Origin: an uncultured Bdellovibrio sp. | GTDB lineage: Bacteria; Bdellovibrionota; Bdellovibrionia; Bdellovibrionales; Bdellovibrionaceae | Reading direction: 5' to 3' | DNA: 64,000 bases | Assembly: GCA_963932905.1 (NCBI GenBank) | Contig: CAWVRN010000004.1 | Span: forward strand, 32,001 to 96,000 | Shown here: positions 40,220 to 52,700 of the stretch, piece after piece | How the letters are laid out: each line of letters opens with the position of its first letter | Position numbering within the stretch: the first letter of the stretch is position 1 | Notes under the pieces: generated by a model | The model's database searches: none | What the model was told of the DNA's origin: nothing | What the model saw: the letters and a program-made list of their open reading frames with translations, nothing else | Made by a program: the position numbers and the translations under genes

Positions 40220-40246
40220 TTTTCGCTAGTAACGAGAAACTATTTA

Positions 40247-43200
40247 TTAGAGCAGAGGCGCGAGCCACTTTTTTAACAATGCTTCATCTAAATTTCTATT
40301 TTTAATATGGCAATCTAATTGATCTTTACCGATGCGACTGACAAAAAAGTAAGTCGATTCTGGATGGAAGAAATAAAAACCACTTACGGAACTCGCTGGA
40401 GTCATCGCCGCAGACTCGGTCAAACCTACACCAATGCGTTTTTGAACCTGCATTAAATCCCAAATTTGAAATTTATGTAAATGATCGGGACACGAAGGGT
40501 AACCAGGCGCCGGACGCAGGCCACGGTATTTTTCTTTGATCAAATCATCGACCGTTAAAGCCTCTTTCTGACCATGAGCAAATAATTTACGTGTCTGAAA
40601 ATGTGCCCACTCAGCCAAACCTTCAGCTAAACGATCCCCTAGCGACTTAATCAAAATAGACTGATAGTCATCCCCTTTTTTTGCAGCTTCATCTGCTAGC
40701 GTCTCGATTTGTGGCCCAGCGGTCACACAAAACGTACCCATGTAATCGGTTGTATTTTCTGATTTAGGCGCCACAAAATCACTTAGGCAATAATGAACAT
40801 TATTGTTGATTTCACTGGGACGCTGCTGACGTAAGAAATGAAAAACATGTGTTTTATCTGGTCCTTCCACTTCCACAGTTTCATTTTCACTGCGTGCTTT
40901 GAAAATTCCGATTAAAACTTTAGGTGTCACCAGTTTTTGATCTACAATCTTCTTTAACAGAACCTGAGCTTCATCAAATAATTTTTTAGCTTCCGCACCA
41001 CTTTGCGCATTTTCCAAAATTTTCGGGTATGTACCTTTTAAACCCCATGACCAAAAGAACGGCGACCAATCAATATAGGGAACTATATCTGCTAATGCCG
41101 GTGTCATTTCGATAACACCCGTTTGTTTCGGTTCTTCAATCTGGGCCGACGCTTTACTCCATTTAAATGGACTCTTACGAGCTTCCTCTAACGAAACCAA
41201 TTCTGTTTCAGATTTCCTAGATAAATAGGCTTCGCGAATTTGCCGATACTCTTCTTTGATCTTCAAACGATACGTATCACGCTGTGACCCGATCAAATGC
41301 GAACAGGCTTCTACCACGAGTGACGCATCACCGACGTGAACGACTGGTCCTGGGTAATGGGGATCAATTTTTACGGCCGTGTGAACTTTAGATGTCGTAG
41401 CGCCACCAATTAACAACGGAACATCATAACCGGAATCACGAAACTGCTGAGCGTTGAATATCATTTCTTCAAGTGATGGTGTAATCAAACCAGATAAACC
41501 GATGATATCGGCTTTGTGTTTCTTAGCTTCTTCCAGAATTTTTTGGATAGAAACCATCACTCCTAAATCAATCACTTTATAACCGTTACAAGCTAGCACC
41601 ACACCAACTATGTTTTTACCGATATCGTGAACATCGCCTTTTACGGTCGCAATCACAAATACGGGCTGATTGTTAGACGTCACTTTTTCGGCATCCATCA
41701 ATGGTTCAAGGTACGCCACCGCTTTTTTCATCACGCGCGCACTCTTCACCACTTGAGGTAAAAACATTTTTCCCTGACCAAACAATTCGCCCACGACTTT
41801 CATGCCATCCATCAACGGACCTTCGATCACATTCAGTGGACGTTTGTATTTTTCCACTGCTTGTTTAGTATCTTCGGTAATAAACTCATCGACGCCTTTG
41901 ACTAAGGCATACTCAATACGTTTTTCTAAAGATAGCTGACGCCAATCATTTTGTTTGACCGATTTTACGCCAGAATCAGTTAGGTCGATATTCTTGCCGG
42001 TATTCGCATCAGCCCATTGAATCAGTTTTTCCGAAGCATCTGGTGATTGATTTAAAATAACCGCTTCGCACAGGCGACGCAGTTCCGGGTCAATATTTTC
42101 GTATACTTCCAGCATACCGGCATTCACGATACCCATATCCAGCCCAGCTTTAATGGCGTGGAACAGGAAAACGCTATGCATGGCTTCGCGCACTTTATTA
42201 TTTCCGCGGAACGAGAATGACAAATTTGATATACCACCGGAAGTTAAAACTCCAGGGCACACGGTTTTAATTTCCTTTAACGCTTCGATGAAATCTAAAC
42301 CAAAGCGATTATGTTCTTCCATTCCCGTAGCCACGGTTAACACATTGGGATCGAATATAATATCTTCGGGATGGAAATTTAGTTTCTTAGTTAGTAAATC
42401 ATAGGCCCGCTTGCAGATTTTAACTTTGTCTTCAAACGTTGCCGCTTGTCCTTCTTCATCAAACGCCATCACAACAACAGCGGCACCTAACTTTTGAATT
42501 TCACGCGCTTGATTCAAGAACACGGTTTCGCCCTCTTTTAGCGAAATCGAGTTAACTACGCTTTTACCTTGAAGGCATTTCAAACCCGCCTGAATCACTT
42601 CAAATTTCGACGAATCAATCATAATAGGAATTTTAGAAATATCAGGTTCCGAAACTATCAAATTTAAGAAATCGATCATCAATTGTTTGGAATCTAGCAT
42701 GCCCTCGTCAAAATTGACGTCCAAAATATTGGCGCCATTTTCAACTTGCTGACGAGCAATCGTCAATCCACCAGATAACGAACCCTCTTTGATTAGCTTT
42801 GCAAACTTAGGTGATCCAGTTACGTTGGTACGCTCACCGACCATCATAAATGATCTCTCACCAATAGTAGGTGTTTCCAAAGGCTCTAAGCCTGATAATC
42901 TAAATCGAACGGGCTTAGCTGAAATAACATGTGGTTTATCCGAGCGTAAGTTCGTCGCAATCGCTGCTATGTGGGCCGGCGTAGTTCCACAACAACCACC
43001 CACGATATTCACATGACCCGCTTTCGACATTTTCCCTAATTCAGCGGCAATTGAGGCTGGAGTTTCATCGTACCCTGTTGGGCTCAACGGATTCGGCAGG
43101 CCCGCATTCGGGTAGCAGCTTACATAGCAGTCAGCCATTTCAGCTAGCTCTTGGATGTAGGGACGCATATCACTGGCACCCAGGGCGCAGTTTATACCAA

Positions 43201-43960
43201 CACTTAAAGGCCGCGAATGGCGAACGCTAAACCAAAATGACTTCAATGTTTGGCCCGATAAAGTACGACCAGATAAATCCGTGATTGTTACCGACAACAT
43301 CAACGCAAACTTTGTGCGATATTCCTCTTGTAGTGTTTCGATCGCGTACAAGCAGGCTTTTAAGTTCAAAGTATCAAATGTCGTTTCGGGAAGTAAAATA
43401 TCACAGCCTTCATCGATGAAAACTTTCGCTTGTCCGTAGTAGGCTTTGACTAACTCATCAAACGTAACACCACGATATTCTGGACGCTCCACATCCGGTG
43501 AAAGCGAAGCGGTTTTATTGGTTGGACCTAGCGCCCCGGCGACGTAGGCCTTACGACCCGTTTTTTTAAAGTAGTCATCGCGTGCGCGGATAGCGATACG
43601 AGTCGCTTGTTTGTTGATTTCATCTACCCAGCTTTCTAATTCGTAGTCAGCCTGGGAAATGGTCGTTCCATTGAACGTGTTAGTTTCGATAATATCAGCA
43701 CCCGCTTCCAAGTACTGCATATGAATTTCATAGATGACTTCCGGTCGGGTAATACACAATAAATCATTATTACCTTTTAAATCTTTCTTAGGATTTGGGA
43801 AATGAGTTCCTCGATAGTCGGCCTCCGTCAGCTTATACTGCTGAATCATGGTGCCCATAGCGCCATCGATAATCAAAATTTCGTGCTTTAAGCGTTCTTC
43901 CAGCTCAAGCAATACAGGAGTCTTAATAAAATCGGCCGGGGAAACCCAAGTTTGTTCCAA
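40247..43960 (-). CDS. metH: Cobalamin-dependent methionine synthase
   Basis: [34 protein letters not shown]. Confidence 0.97.
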   Translation of the reverse strand: MEQTWVSPADFIKTPVLLELEERLKHEILIIDGAMGTMIQQYKLTEADYRGTHFPNPKKDLKGNNDLLCITRPEVIYEIHMQYLEAGADIIETNTFNGTTISQADYELESWVDEINKQATRIAIRARDDYFKKTGRKAYVAGALGPTNKTASLSPDVERPEYRGVTFDELVKAYYGQAKVFIDEGCDILLPETTFDTLNLKACLYAIETLQEEYRTKFALMLSVTITDLSGRTLSGQTLKSFWFSVRHSRPLSVGINCALGASDMRPYIQELAEMADCYVSCYPNAGLPNPLSPTGYDETPASIAAELGKMSKAGHVNIVGGCCGTTPAHIAAIATNLRSDKPHVISAKPVRFRLSGLEPLETPTIGERSFMMVGERTNVTGSPKFAKLIKEGSLSGGLTIARQQVENGANILDVNFDEGMLDSKQLMIDFLNLIVSEPDISKIPIMIDSSKFEVIQAGLKCLQGKSVVNSISLKEGETVFLNQAREIQKLGAAVVVMAFDEEGQAATFEDKVKICKRAYDLLTKKLNFHPEDIIFDPNVLTVATGMEEHNRFGLDFIEALKEIKTVCPGVLTSGGISNLSFSFRGNNKVREAMHSVFLFHAIKAGLDMGIVNAGMLEVYENIDPELRRLCEAVILNQSPDASEKLIQWADANTGKNIDLTDSGVKSVKQNDWRQLSLEKRIEYALVKGVDEFITEDTKQAVEKYKRPLNVIEGPLMDGMKVVGELFGQGKMFLPQVVKSARVMKKAVAYLEPLMDAEKVTSNNQPVFVIATVKGDVHDIGKNIVGVVLACNGYKVIDLGVMVSIQKILEEAKKHKADIIGLSGLITPSLEEMIFNAQQFRDSGYDVPLLIGGATTSKVHTAVKIDPHYPGPVVHVGDASLVVEACSHLIGSQRDTYRLKIKEEYRQIREAYLSRKSETELVSLEEARKSPFKWSKASAQIEEPKQTGVIEMTPALADIVPYIDWSPFFWSWGLKGTYPKILENAQSGAEAKKLFDEAQVLLKKIVDQKLVTPKVLIGIFKARSENETVEVEGPDKTHVFHFLRQQRPSEINNNVHYCLSDFVAPKSENTTDYMGTFCVTAGPQIETLADEAAKKGDDYQSILIKSLGDRLAEGLAEWAHFQTRKLFAHGQKEALTVDDLIKEKYRGLRPAPGYPSCPDHLHKFQIWDLMQVQKRIGVGLTESAAMTPASSVSGFYFFHPESTYFFVSRIGKDQLDCHIKNRNLDEALLKKWLAPLL

Positions 43961-43993
43961 TTCCGTGTTCCTTTGTATTTATTATTAAATTTC

Positions 43994-44950
43994 TTATTTA
44001 AACTTTTTAACTAAGTCGATGACAAGGCCTGCATCATTCATAATGTAGAAATGCAGATTTTTTTCGCCATTCTTAATTAAATCTTCAACCTGAGCCAATG
44101 CCCAACGGCGACCGATCTCTTCGACATGCGCCGGAGTCGCCGTAATTTCATCCACAAGACGTTCGGGAAGATCCACATTGAAAGTTTTAGGAACTGATTT
44201 CAATTGAGCTGCGTTTTTAATGATTTTAAGACCAGGAACTATAGGAACCGTGATTCCCGCTTCCAGACAGGCTTTTTTAAACTGATAGTATTTCTGATTA
44301 TCAAAAAACATTTGAGTCACGATATAGTCCGCGCCCGCTTCCACTTTCTTTTTCAAGAATTGAATATCGGTTTTAAAATTTGCGGCCTCGAAGTGCTTCT
44401 CGGGATAACCAGCGACACCAATGCCATAATCCAACGGTTCGCAATTAGAAATCTCTTCAATAAACTGCCCCGTACTCATACCTTTGATTTGGGTCACTAA
44501 GTCAGACGCATATTGATTGATCGTGCGATTTTTAGAAACCTCTTTACTGTAATTTAGACTATCACCACGTAAAGCTAAAACGTTGTGGATGCCTAGATAA
44601 TTCAATTCGATTAACGCATCTTCAGTTTCTTCTTTTGTGAAACCTTGGCAAAGAATATGTGCAACAGTATCAATGCGGAAACGATTTTGAATAATACCAC
44701 AGATACCCAGCGTACCAGGACGTTTCTTGAAAGTGCGTTTAACGATCGAACCATCAGAATTTTCATGGTAGTAAGCGCTCGAAGCATGGCTAGTCACATC
44801 GATCCATGGTGGATCAAGCTTACTTAATCCTTCGGCAATATCAATAATATCCTTAACTGAACGACCACGCGGCGGCGGTACAATTTCAAAGCTGAACTCT
44901 GGCGGGTTCGATTTCTGTAACGCTCTGTTGATGTGCTCAATAACTTTCAA
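43994..44950 (-). CDS. metF: 5,10-methylenetetrahydrofolate reductase
   Basis: SFEIVPP, LALRGD, GYPEKH, KKVEAGADYIVTQMFFD. Confidence 0.93.
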   Translation of the reverse strand: MKVIEHINRALQKSNPPEFSFEIVPPPRGRSVKDIIDIAEGLSKLDPPWIDVTSHASSAYYHENSDGSIVKRTFKKRPGTLGICGIIQNRFRIDTVAHILCQGFTKEETEDALIELNYLGIHNVLALRGDSLNYSKEVSKNRTINQYASDLVTQIKGMSTGQFIEEISNCEPLDYGIGVAGYPEKHFEAANFKTDIQFLKKKVEAGADYIVTQMFFDNQKYYQFKKACLEAGITVPIVPGLKIIKNAAQLKSVPKTFNVDLPERLVDEITATPAHVEEIGRRWALAQVEDLIKNGEKNLHFYIMNDAGLVIDLVKKFK

Positions 44951-44970
44951 TTTCGTGTACCCTTACTTTT

Positions 44971-46293
44971 TTATCGACCCTTACCAAAAAGGACGACTCG
45001 AATCGTTTTAAATATAATTTGTATATCAAGTATAAAACTAAAGTTTTTAATGTAATACAAATCAAATTGCAATTTCTGTTTTGAATCTTCTACGCTAGCA
45101 CCATAGGCATACATAACTTGGGCCCAGCCGGTGATCCCCGGGCGAACTAAATGGCGCATTCGATAGAACGGGATTTGCTTCTCTAATTCCACGTTAAATT
45201 CCGGTCTTTCAGGCCGTGGGCCTATAAAACTCATGTCACCTTTGATCACGTTCCATAGCTGAGGGAGCTCATCAATGCGAGTCAGTCGAATAAACTTTCC
45301 GACCCTAGTAACCCTAGAGTCATTGCTCTTGGCCCATTGCGCACCTTGTTTTTCAGCATCGGTCACCATCGAGCGCATTTTGAAAATCGTAAATTCACGA
45401 TCATTCAAACCCGTACGAATCTGACTGTAAAAAACTGGCCCTTTCGATTCAAGCTTAATCAGGATAGAGAAAATCAATAAAAACGGCCACGTCACGGACA
45501 ACAATAGTAATGCCAAAATTAAATCCAAAACACGTTTGACCCGCAAACCAAGTGGATTATGAAAAAGATCGAAACCCTTTTCGAAAATGAACCATTCGCG
45601 ACTTAAAAAATCGACAGGAACTTTTTTTTCGATCTCCTCAAAAAATTGCGACAGGTTTAGAATTTCTTTTCCCGCAAAACGAGCCTGCATTAAACTATCC
45701 GTTAGTTCTTGGCTCCATAAATTTGAAGGCATCGATACCACTATAGCCTGCCAATCTTGATGAATTTTGTCCAGAGGGTGCCTCGGTGACCAATTTAAAA
45801 TTTCGTAGTTAATTTTAAATTTTTTAATGATCTCGTTTTCAATAAACTGATTGTGGTCACCGGCGGCCAAAAACAAATACGACGTCTTACCTGCCCTAGC
45901 AGAAAGAATCCCCCACAAAATTCGCCGGTATGTTATTGAGGCTATACCGAACAAAATTGTAGATCCAATCAAGATTCCGCGACCAAAAATACCGGACCTG
46001 TCTTTGCTAAGAAGGTAGTTTATAGTTAATACAAACGAGATAGTGACTACGAAACTAGAGACTTGCCTTATGAAGATATCTTTAAAACGATGATGCGGTT
46101 CCACATCGTAAGCGCCAAAAACATAACTAAAGCCAAGCAACGACATTGTGATAAACCACAAGCCCACAGAATTAAAATGCCAAAAGAACTCACCTAAACG
46201 AAGCCAAGAAAACAAATGAATCACCAGCAAATAGACAGCTCCATCAAAAGCCAGCAACGTCAGTTTTTTCTTTGGTGTTAATCGAATTTTCAT
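44971..46293 (-). CDS. Polyprenyl-phosphate glycosylphosphotransferase (WcaJ/WbaP-like)
   Basis: Four N-terminal TMs; KRVLD, FKMRSM, RIDELPQLWNV..GDMSFIGPRPE, PGITGWAQV. Confidence 0.92.
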   Translation of the reverse strand: MKIRLTPKKKLTLLAFDGAVYLLVIHLFSWLRLGEFFWHFNSVGLWFITMSLLGFSYVFGAYDVEPHHRFKDIFIRQVSSFVVTISFVLTINYLLSKDRSGIFGRGILIGSTILFGIASITYRRILWGILSARAGKTSYLFLAAGDHNQFIENEIIKKFKINYEILNWSPRHPLDKIHQDWQAIVVSMPSNLWSQELTDSLMQARFAGKEILNLSQFFEEIEKKVPVDFLSREWFIFEKGFDLFHNPLGLRVKRVLDLILALLLLSVTWPFLLIFSILIKLESKGPVFYSQIRTGLNDREFTIFKMRSMVTDAEKQGAQWAKSNDSRVTRVGKFIRLTRIDELPQLWNVIKGDMSFIGPRPERPEFNVELEKQIPFYRMRHLVRPGITGWAQVMYAYGASVEDSKQKLQFDLYYIKNFSFILDIQIIFKTIRVVLFGKGR

Positions 46294-46389
46294 TTCGCTA
46301 TTGTCATTAACTTTCTGATATTTTTCAATCGCATTTTTCGCCTTATTTTTCCTTAGCCAAGCGCCCTGCAAAGTGGCTATACTGCGACC

Positions 46390-47616
46390 ATGACAGGCCT
46401 GTTGTTTGTATTTCTAAGTGCGACTTTAATCTCACAGTCATTCATGGATGCTATGTCCGTGGTGATTATTCTCTACACACTGACTATGCGTTTTACCAAG
46501 CAAACCCGCTTCGACTCACTGTTAGCATCCAATTCAGGAATCAAAGAGGTTTTTTTCTTTGGTTTGTGGCTAGCGTCCATAGCGATTGGCTTACGAACAA
46601 GCCCCCATTTACTGAAAAACCTGTCTGAATGGAAATGGATTTTAAACCTACTGTTCATGTACTGGTTCCTAAATCACTATTTAACCAAGCGCGGAACCCC
46701 ATCAATGACACTGTCATTCTGGCAACCCCTGTACTGGGTTTTACTTGCCTGCTTCCTCTATGGTGCCGTGGGCCTGGCCACGGGTATAGATTTATTCAAA
46801 CAAACACCACTCACCCATGGAGCCCGCTTTGCCGGCCCATTCGATGATCCGATGAATTTTGCACACATCTATGGCATGTATGCCGCATTCTTGGTTCCGT
46901 TTGTCATCGAAGCACTCTCTGAATGGAAGAATGGAAACAAAAGAACCAAACCACAAGTTTTACTGGTAGCCGCGTTTGCCTTAACAACAGTCAGTGTGGC
47001 CTTGACCTTAACTCGCGGAGCTTGGGCTGGGCTTTCAGGGGCTATCATCATTATGGTATTCATCTATCGTAAACGCTGGGGCGTAGCTATCGCCGGCGCT
47101 ACAGTCATCAGCGCCTTGATTTTGTATGCAGGTTCAAGCACATTCAAAACCCGCATCGACCAAGCACTCAACCCATCACAAAGCTACGACAGCGAACGTT
47201 ATAATTTATGGCGCACCAATTTGGAAATCTTTAAAGACTATCCCGTGTTTGGAATCGGACATGGTGACTACCTAGCCTACCTTCCTTCGTATTTTGAAAA
47301 GTTAGGCATCCCAGCAAACCACTTTCAAAGCCACGCCCACAACCAATATCTACAAGCCCTAAGCAATACCGGCTTGGTCGGATTTTTGTTTTACATGATT
47401 TTCATTTTAGGATTGCTAGCATTTACATTTAAACAATACCGCAAACACCGGGATCCCATTTTCTTGGGCTCCTTCGGGGCCCAAATCGCGTTTCACATTG
47501 GGTCCCTAACGGAATGCAATTTTGAACGAGCCAAAGTCCGACTCGTTTACTTATTCTTTTGCGCGTTGGCCTTGAGTATTGCAGTTCAGCTAAGGCCCAA
47601 AGAACTGGCTCCTTAG
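46390..47616 (+). CDS. waaL: O-antigen ligase family protein
   Basis: Multi-TM; LTLTRGAW, R...W...P.FGIG, HAHNQYLQ; ends ELAP* within the repeat. Confidence 0.85.
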   Translation: MTGLLFVFLSATLISQSFMDAMSVVIILYTLTMRFTKQTRFDSLLASNSGIKEVFFFGLWLASIAIGLRTSPHLLKNLSEWKWILNLLFMYWFLNHYLTKRGTPSMTLSFWQPLYWVLLACFLYGAVGLATGIDLFKQTPLTHGARFAGPFDDPMNFAHIYGMYAAFLVPFVIEALSEWKNGNKRTKPQVLLVAAFALTTVSVALTLTRGAWAGLSGAIIIMVFIYRKRWGVAIAGATVISALILYAGSSTFKTRIDQALNPSQSYDSERYNLWRTNLEIFKDYPVFGIGHGDYLAYLPSYFEKLGIPANHFQSHAHNQYLQALSNTGLVGFLFYMIFILGLLAFTFKQYRKHRDPIFLGSFGAQIAFHIGSLTECNFERAKVRLVYLFFCALALSIAVQLRPKELAP

Positions 47617-47858
47617 CTTGCGGCTAAGAAGCTAAATTCTATTGGAAAGACAGTTGTTTAGTTGAAATTTAAAAGCGCTGTCTTGAAACAGTTTTTCAAA
47701 AAAAATTATTATCCGAATTACCTCGTAATACATTCGAGTTTCGATCCCTCAAAAAAGCGAGCGTGTTGAATCTTTCTGGATTTTAGATAGCACGTTTTAA
47801 ATTCACTTGATTTGACGATATTTTACTTGGCCTTAGCCGCAGGCTAAGGGGCCAGTTC
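47602..47858. mobile_element. MITE/REPIN-like element, copy 3 (257 bp)
   Basis: Same sequence and orientation as copies 1 and 2; between convergent waaL and gmhA. Confidence 0.9.
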
Positions 47859-47876
47859 ACAAAAAATAAATAATAC

Positions 47877-48485
47877 CTAGATTTTTTTATCGTTGTATTG
47901 AATTACGCCTTTATCAACCAGACCTTTTTCAATCAGATAGCATAGAGTGTGATAGATCAAAATATGACACTCTTGAATCATATTTGTAGTTTCACCCGGA
48001 GCCAAGATCGTTAGATCGGCAAGAGCTTTACATTTACCACCGTCTTTTCCAGAAAGCAGAATTGATTTACCACCCGATTTTTTTACAGCTTCAAGTGCAC
48101 GCAAGATATTTGGAGAATTTCCGGACGTCGTGATTCCTAAGAACAAATCACCGGGTCTCATATGAGCATAAACCTGGCGGCTAAATACATAATCATAACC
48201 GTAATCATTTCCCACTGCTGTCATGATCGATGTGTCCGTTGACAGAGCAATGCCACGAATCGGTGAACGATCTGGTCCAAGTTTAACGATCAATTCAGCG
48301 ATCATGTGCTGCGCATCGGCTGCCGATCCACCATTTCCAGCAGCTAACAATTGTCCACCCTTAGCACATGAATCGATGATCATTTGCGCAGCTTCTGCTA
48401 CTTTGCCTTTGATTTCATCATTCTCAGTCATACGCTTCAAATTCATGAGGGCGCTACCAAATGCTTCATCAATAAATGCTTTCAT
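47877..48485 (-). CDS. gmhA: Sedoheptulose-7-phosphate isomerase
   Basis: GNGGSAADAQH, GNDYG...FSRQ, TTSGNSPN, IQECH; GAGG RBS before ATG 48485. Confidence 0.9.
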   Translation of the reverse strand: MKAFIDEAFGSALMNLKRMTENDEIKGKVAEAAQMIIDSCAKGGQLLAAGNGGSAADAQHMIAELIVKLGPDRSPIRGIALSTDTSIMTAVGNDYGYDYVFSRQVYAHMRPGDLFLGITTSGNSPNILRALEAVKKSGGKSILLSGKDGGKCKALADLTILAPGETTNMIQECHILIYHTLCYLIEKGLVDKGVIQYNDKKI

Positions 48486-48641
48486 CTCTACCTCGCTGGA
48501 ACAATTCGTTATCCGGATATTTTCCATACTACCCTGAAATCGACGAATTTCAATTAGAATTCAAGGCATCCGCAACCTAGCCGCTCTCTTGCCTAGCCTC
48601 CTGTCGTTCGATGAAAAACAAAATAACCTATAAGGAGTCCC

Positions 48642-49712
48642 ATGCTCTATTCTAAAAGTATTCATTCAGCCACTTTAACTATCACGGCCTTTGCATTAAT
48701 AGCCTTAAATGCTTGTGTTAAAAAAGATCCAGACCAATCGGGGTCGGTCGCAAATTACCTGCAAAACCCATCCGGCGCCCTCCTGGAGCCTCAACAGATG
48801 AAGCTTTGTGTGCGGCCGACCCACCGATTGGGTGTTAAAAAATGTGTCCGTAACGGAAAATGGGTTCGCATGAGCCTAGCCGCAAATGACGTAGACAATG
48901 ATCGTACGGATGTATTTTCAAGTCCGCGCATTTCCCTGAAAAAAGAAAACTTCTACCAAGACACCTTCAAATTTTTAGATGGTGTTAATCATGTCGCTAA
49001 CTACCCCGATTACTATCACGCCTATGCCAACTACGGCGGTTTTGCTCATTTCGTTTTTGCTATGCCTAACCAATCCGACCTGGCCGTTACCTATGGATTC
49101 GCGGGACGTGACGAAGTTTCCGAAAATCTACATCGTCAGCTAAGCATGATGTATCCAAATATTCGTGAACGAGTCAAAATTCAGCACTGGAATGACGGCG
49201 GGACATACAAAAAATTTGCGTCTATCTATTTCGATGTGATCGGCGACTACACCGAAACAAACTACCGCTACGACTGCGCTTGGGGCGAACAACATCAAAG
49301 TTATGATTTTACACAAGTAAAAACAAAAGAAGGCATCGATGTACCAAAAATTCCGGAAACATATGTTTGGAGAAAAATTGCGGAATCGTGTGATCAATTG
49401 CCTCAGAAATCATTTGATGGCAGATACACTTACTTGCCATTCAAAGACGTTTCATCGAATCCAATATCAACGCAGCACCAGTTCACTTTACAAAATCGCG
49501 ACAAAATCAAAATTTACAATATGAAAAGCACGCTGCCCGACGAATCCAAAGCACGCATAGATACGATTAACCCCATGTCACAATCAGAAATGAAATCAGA
49601 TGGCACAACCACTCTATTTTTAAATAGCAAAAAAGAAGAAATTTCGCGCTGGGAATCTATCTATGATGAAGACTTAAAAGATGGATCTTTTCAACCAGAG
49701 ACAACCAAATAA
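48642..49712 (+). CDS. Hypothetical lipoprotein
   Basis: AAGGAG RBS; lipobox LNAC. Confidence 0.75.
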   Translation: MLYSKSIHSATLTITAFALIALNACVKKDPDQSGSVANYLQNPSGALLEPQQMKLCVRPTHRLGVKKCVRNGKWVRMSLAANDVDNDRTDVFSSPRISLKKENFYQDTFKFLDGVNHVANYPDYYHAYANYGGFAHFVFAMPNQSDLAVTYGFAGRDEVSENLHRQLSMMYPNIRERVKIQHWNDGGTYKKFASIYFDVIGDYTETNYRYDCAWGEQHQSYDFTQVKTKEGIDVPKIPETYVWRKIAESCDQLPQKSFDGRYTYLPFKDVSSNPISTQHQFTLQNRDKIKIYNMKSTLPDESKARIDTINPMSQSEMKSDGTTTLFLNSKKEEISRWESIYDEDLKDGSFQPETTK

Positions 49713-49713
49713 G

Positions 49714-49744
49714 AAAAAAAGGCTAGAACATGGATGTTCTAGCC
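49714..49744 (-). terminator. Hairpin terminator between convergent genes
   Basis: GGCTAGAACAT-gg-ATGTTCTAGCC with A7 on its left. Confidence 0.75.
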
Positions 49745-49748
49745 AAAC

Positions 49749-52700
49749 TTAACTGAACAGGTCCGACAAATCATCTAAAGATAACTCTTTCAAGATATTC
49801 GCATCTGAACTGATGATGTTCTCAGCCAAGATTTTTTTGCGCTCTTGCAGTTTTAAGATCTTCTCTTCCACTGTATTTTTCGCAATCAATTTATAGGCAA
49901 ATACACTCTTTGTTTGACCAATCCGATAACATCGATCGATGGCCTGTGATTCTGCTGCTGGATTCCACCATGGATCGATAATGAATACGTAATCAGCAGA
50001 CGTTAAATTCAAACCCACACCGCCGGCTTTCAAGCTCAACAAGAAAAGACTGATTTGATCATTCGTCTGGAAATTTTGAACACGCTCGGCACGGTCTTTC
50101 GTTTGCCCATCTAGGTATTCAAAATGAATGTTCTTTTCACGCAACTGCTGTGACAAAATTTTCAACAATGATGTGAAGCTCGAGAAAATCAACGCCTTGT
50201 GACCTTCGTTGATCAATGTTTGAATTTGATCAATCAGTAGGTCAAACTTCGCCGACGGCTCACCTAGTTTAGTTTTATCAACCAGACCCATGTGGCACGA
50301 AATCTGTCGCAAGCGCAGCAGTGCCCCCAAAATTTCAATCTTGGTATTTTTAATACCGTTATCTTTGATTTTTGAATTCAGTTTTTGCCAGTAGTAATTC
50401 TTAATTTCGTTATACTTATTACGTTCTTCTTCACTTAGTTCACAATATAGAACTTGTTCTGTCTTACTTGGTAAGTCTTTAAGAACTTGTTCTTTCGTAC
50501 GCCGCAAAATGAACGGTGATAGCGCTTTTGAAAATCGTTTCAAATCATCTGGCTCAGACAATTTCAACATTTTCTGGCCCAATGAATCCGTGATCAAACC
50601 TGGGTTCACCACCGATAAAATAGAAACCAAATCACCGATCGAATTTTCGATTGGGGTACCTGTTAATGCAAACTTCTTTTCAGATTTGATTAACTTCGTA
50701 CTTAGTGTCAGCTGCGAGCGAGGGTTTTTGATATTTTGCGCTTCATCGAGTACAAAGAAATAAAATGGAATTTCTTTTAGCTGTTCAATATCATTACGAA
50801 GCGTGTGATACGTCGTTAACAGCACATCGAATTTTTTTGCATCTTTGATTTGCTCTTTACGATCATTTCCAAAATAAGTTAGAACTTTTATTTTAGGCGT
50901 AAATTTCTCAAATTCGTTGCGCCAGTTGAACACTAAGCTTTTCGGCGCGACGATCAAACTTGGACCAGATGATTTATCTTTGATTTGCGAGAAAATAGAA
51001 AACACGGCCAGCATTTGGATTGTCTTACCAAGGCCCATGTCATCAGCTAAGATACCACCCAGTGCGTTTTCGCTTAAGATGTTCATCCATGACACACCTT
51101 TTTTCTGGTAGTCACGAAGTTCACCTTTGAACGATCCACCGATTTTAACCGGTTTTAATTCGCTAAGATCCTTGATCAAGCTTTCCATTTTCGAATCAGA
51201 TGGCACTACGAAATCGTTTTCAATATATGATTTTAAGAACAGAGACTGAATTCGGTTTAACTTAATGCCTGATTCTGTCGTCTGACCGACTTCAAAATAC
51301 GGTTTTAACTTTTTCATGATATCCGAAGGCATGAACGCCGTCGTACCGTCAGCCAAAGTAATCAAATTACTCTGATTTTTCAGTGCTTTTAGAATATCTG
51401 GCCACTCAACGGTCACATCACCGATTTTCAAATCGATCTTTAAATCTAACCAATCCATTTGATGAGACACACGGAATGTAAGATCTTTGGCACGGCGGAT
51501 ACGATTGCGGTTTAAGAATATTTGCCAGTCGTGCTGGCCAACCTTATCAATCAAATCCGGCAGATGAGAATTAAAGAATTTAAATTCTGAACGGAAGCCT
51601 GATTTTTTAATCGGGCTCAGTTCGATGAATTGATTGATTAAATCGTTCTCAAGTTCTTGATGGCGCTTAATCTTGAGTTTTTTGTTTAGATCCAGAATAT
51701 ATTCTTGGTACGTACCGTCGACTTCATAACCGTCATACAAGAAACGCATTTCTGCGACCTGAATTGTGCTCTCTTCATTCATATGAAGAACTACTTTAGC
51801 TTTCGGCTGCAATTCTCTGTTTTCTTCGAATTTTAAATCATCAGGCAAATGAATGTACGGGGTGTTTGTGAAGTTCAACCAGTAGGTATTCAAGAAATCA
51901 AAAACTTCATTTTTTGCTACGACCATGGGACGAAGGGACAAAGCTTCGTACCACATGCCATTCTTTTTTGAATCAAAGTAGGCCATGAAATCTTCGAAGA
52001 AAATATAGTTATCAAGATAGCCAATAACTTCTTTCATTTCCTTGGTCTGATTTTTTTCATTTTTAAGAACGACAGATAGCTTATAGTCTTCTTTATCAAA
52101 TTCATACAAATGCAGATCTAGAGACCAATTTTCTGGCATCAGCGGATACGGCTGCATGTCGTTGATATTGAAATCCACATACAAACCCGTTTTGTTTTTC
52201 TTCAAGCGATATAACTGACCAAGTTCGGAAACATTTTGCAAAATGTTTTCATTCTGATCTGGATTTACTAAAAATTCGTTATAAGTAGTGGCTTGCGATT
52301 TAGAGAAATAGTTCTTCTCCACACGACCTATTAAATTCCACAGGATTTCTTGTTCTTGGGTGTTTTCAAAGGATGTGATTTTTTCTTGGTTTAAATCGCC
52401 CTTTTTAATAAACCCATATTCCCCATTATATTTACGCTCCTGAACGCGAAAGTGTAAAACGAACTGGCGATAACTTAAACTCGCCGGAATATCTAGAATA
52501 TAAAAACCACGCTTTAGGAAATCACTCGATGCCGCTCGAAACTTAGTTACGACGTTTTTGCTATCGTACATCTCTTGAGCGCGATCCAGTGAACGTTTCC
52601 AATAGGGTTCATTTCCAGAACCTTTGACGACAGAAATGTCCTCTTGTTTTTCTTTTGTTTCCGATTCGACCTGTTTTTTCTGCTGATAGAAATAAAAAAC

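Noticed and set aside
44951..44970. SAM or cobalamin riboswitch before metF-metH
   Set aside because: Only 20 bp separate metF from the upstream gene
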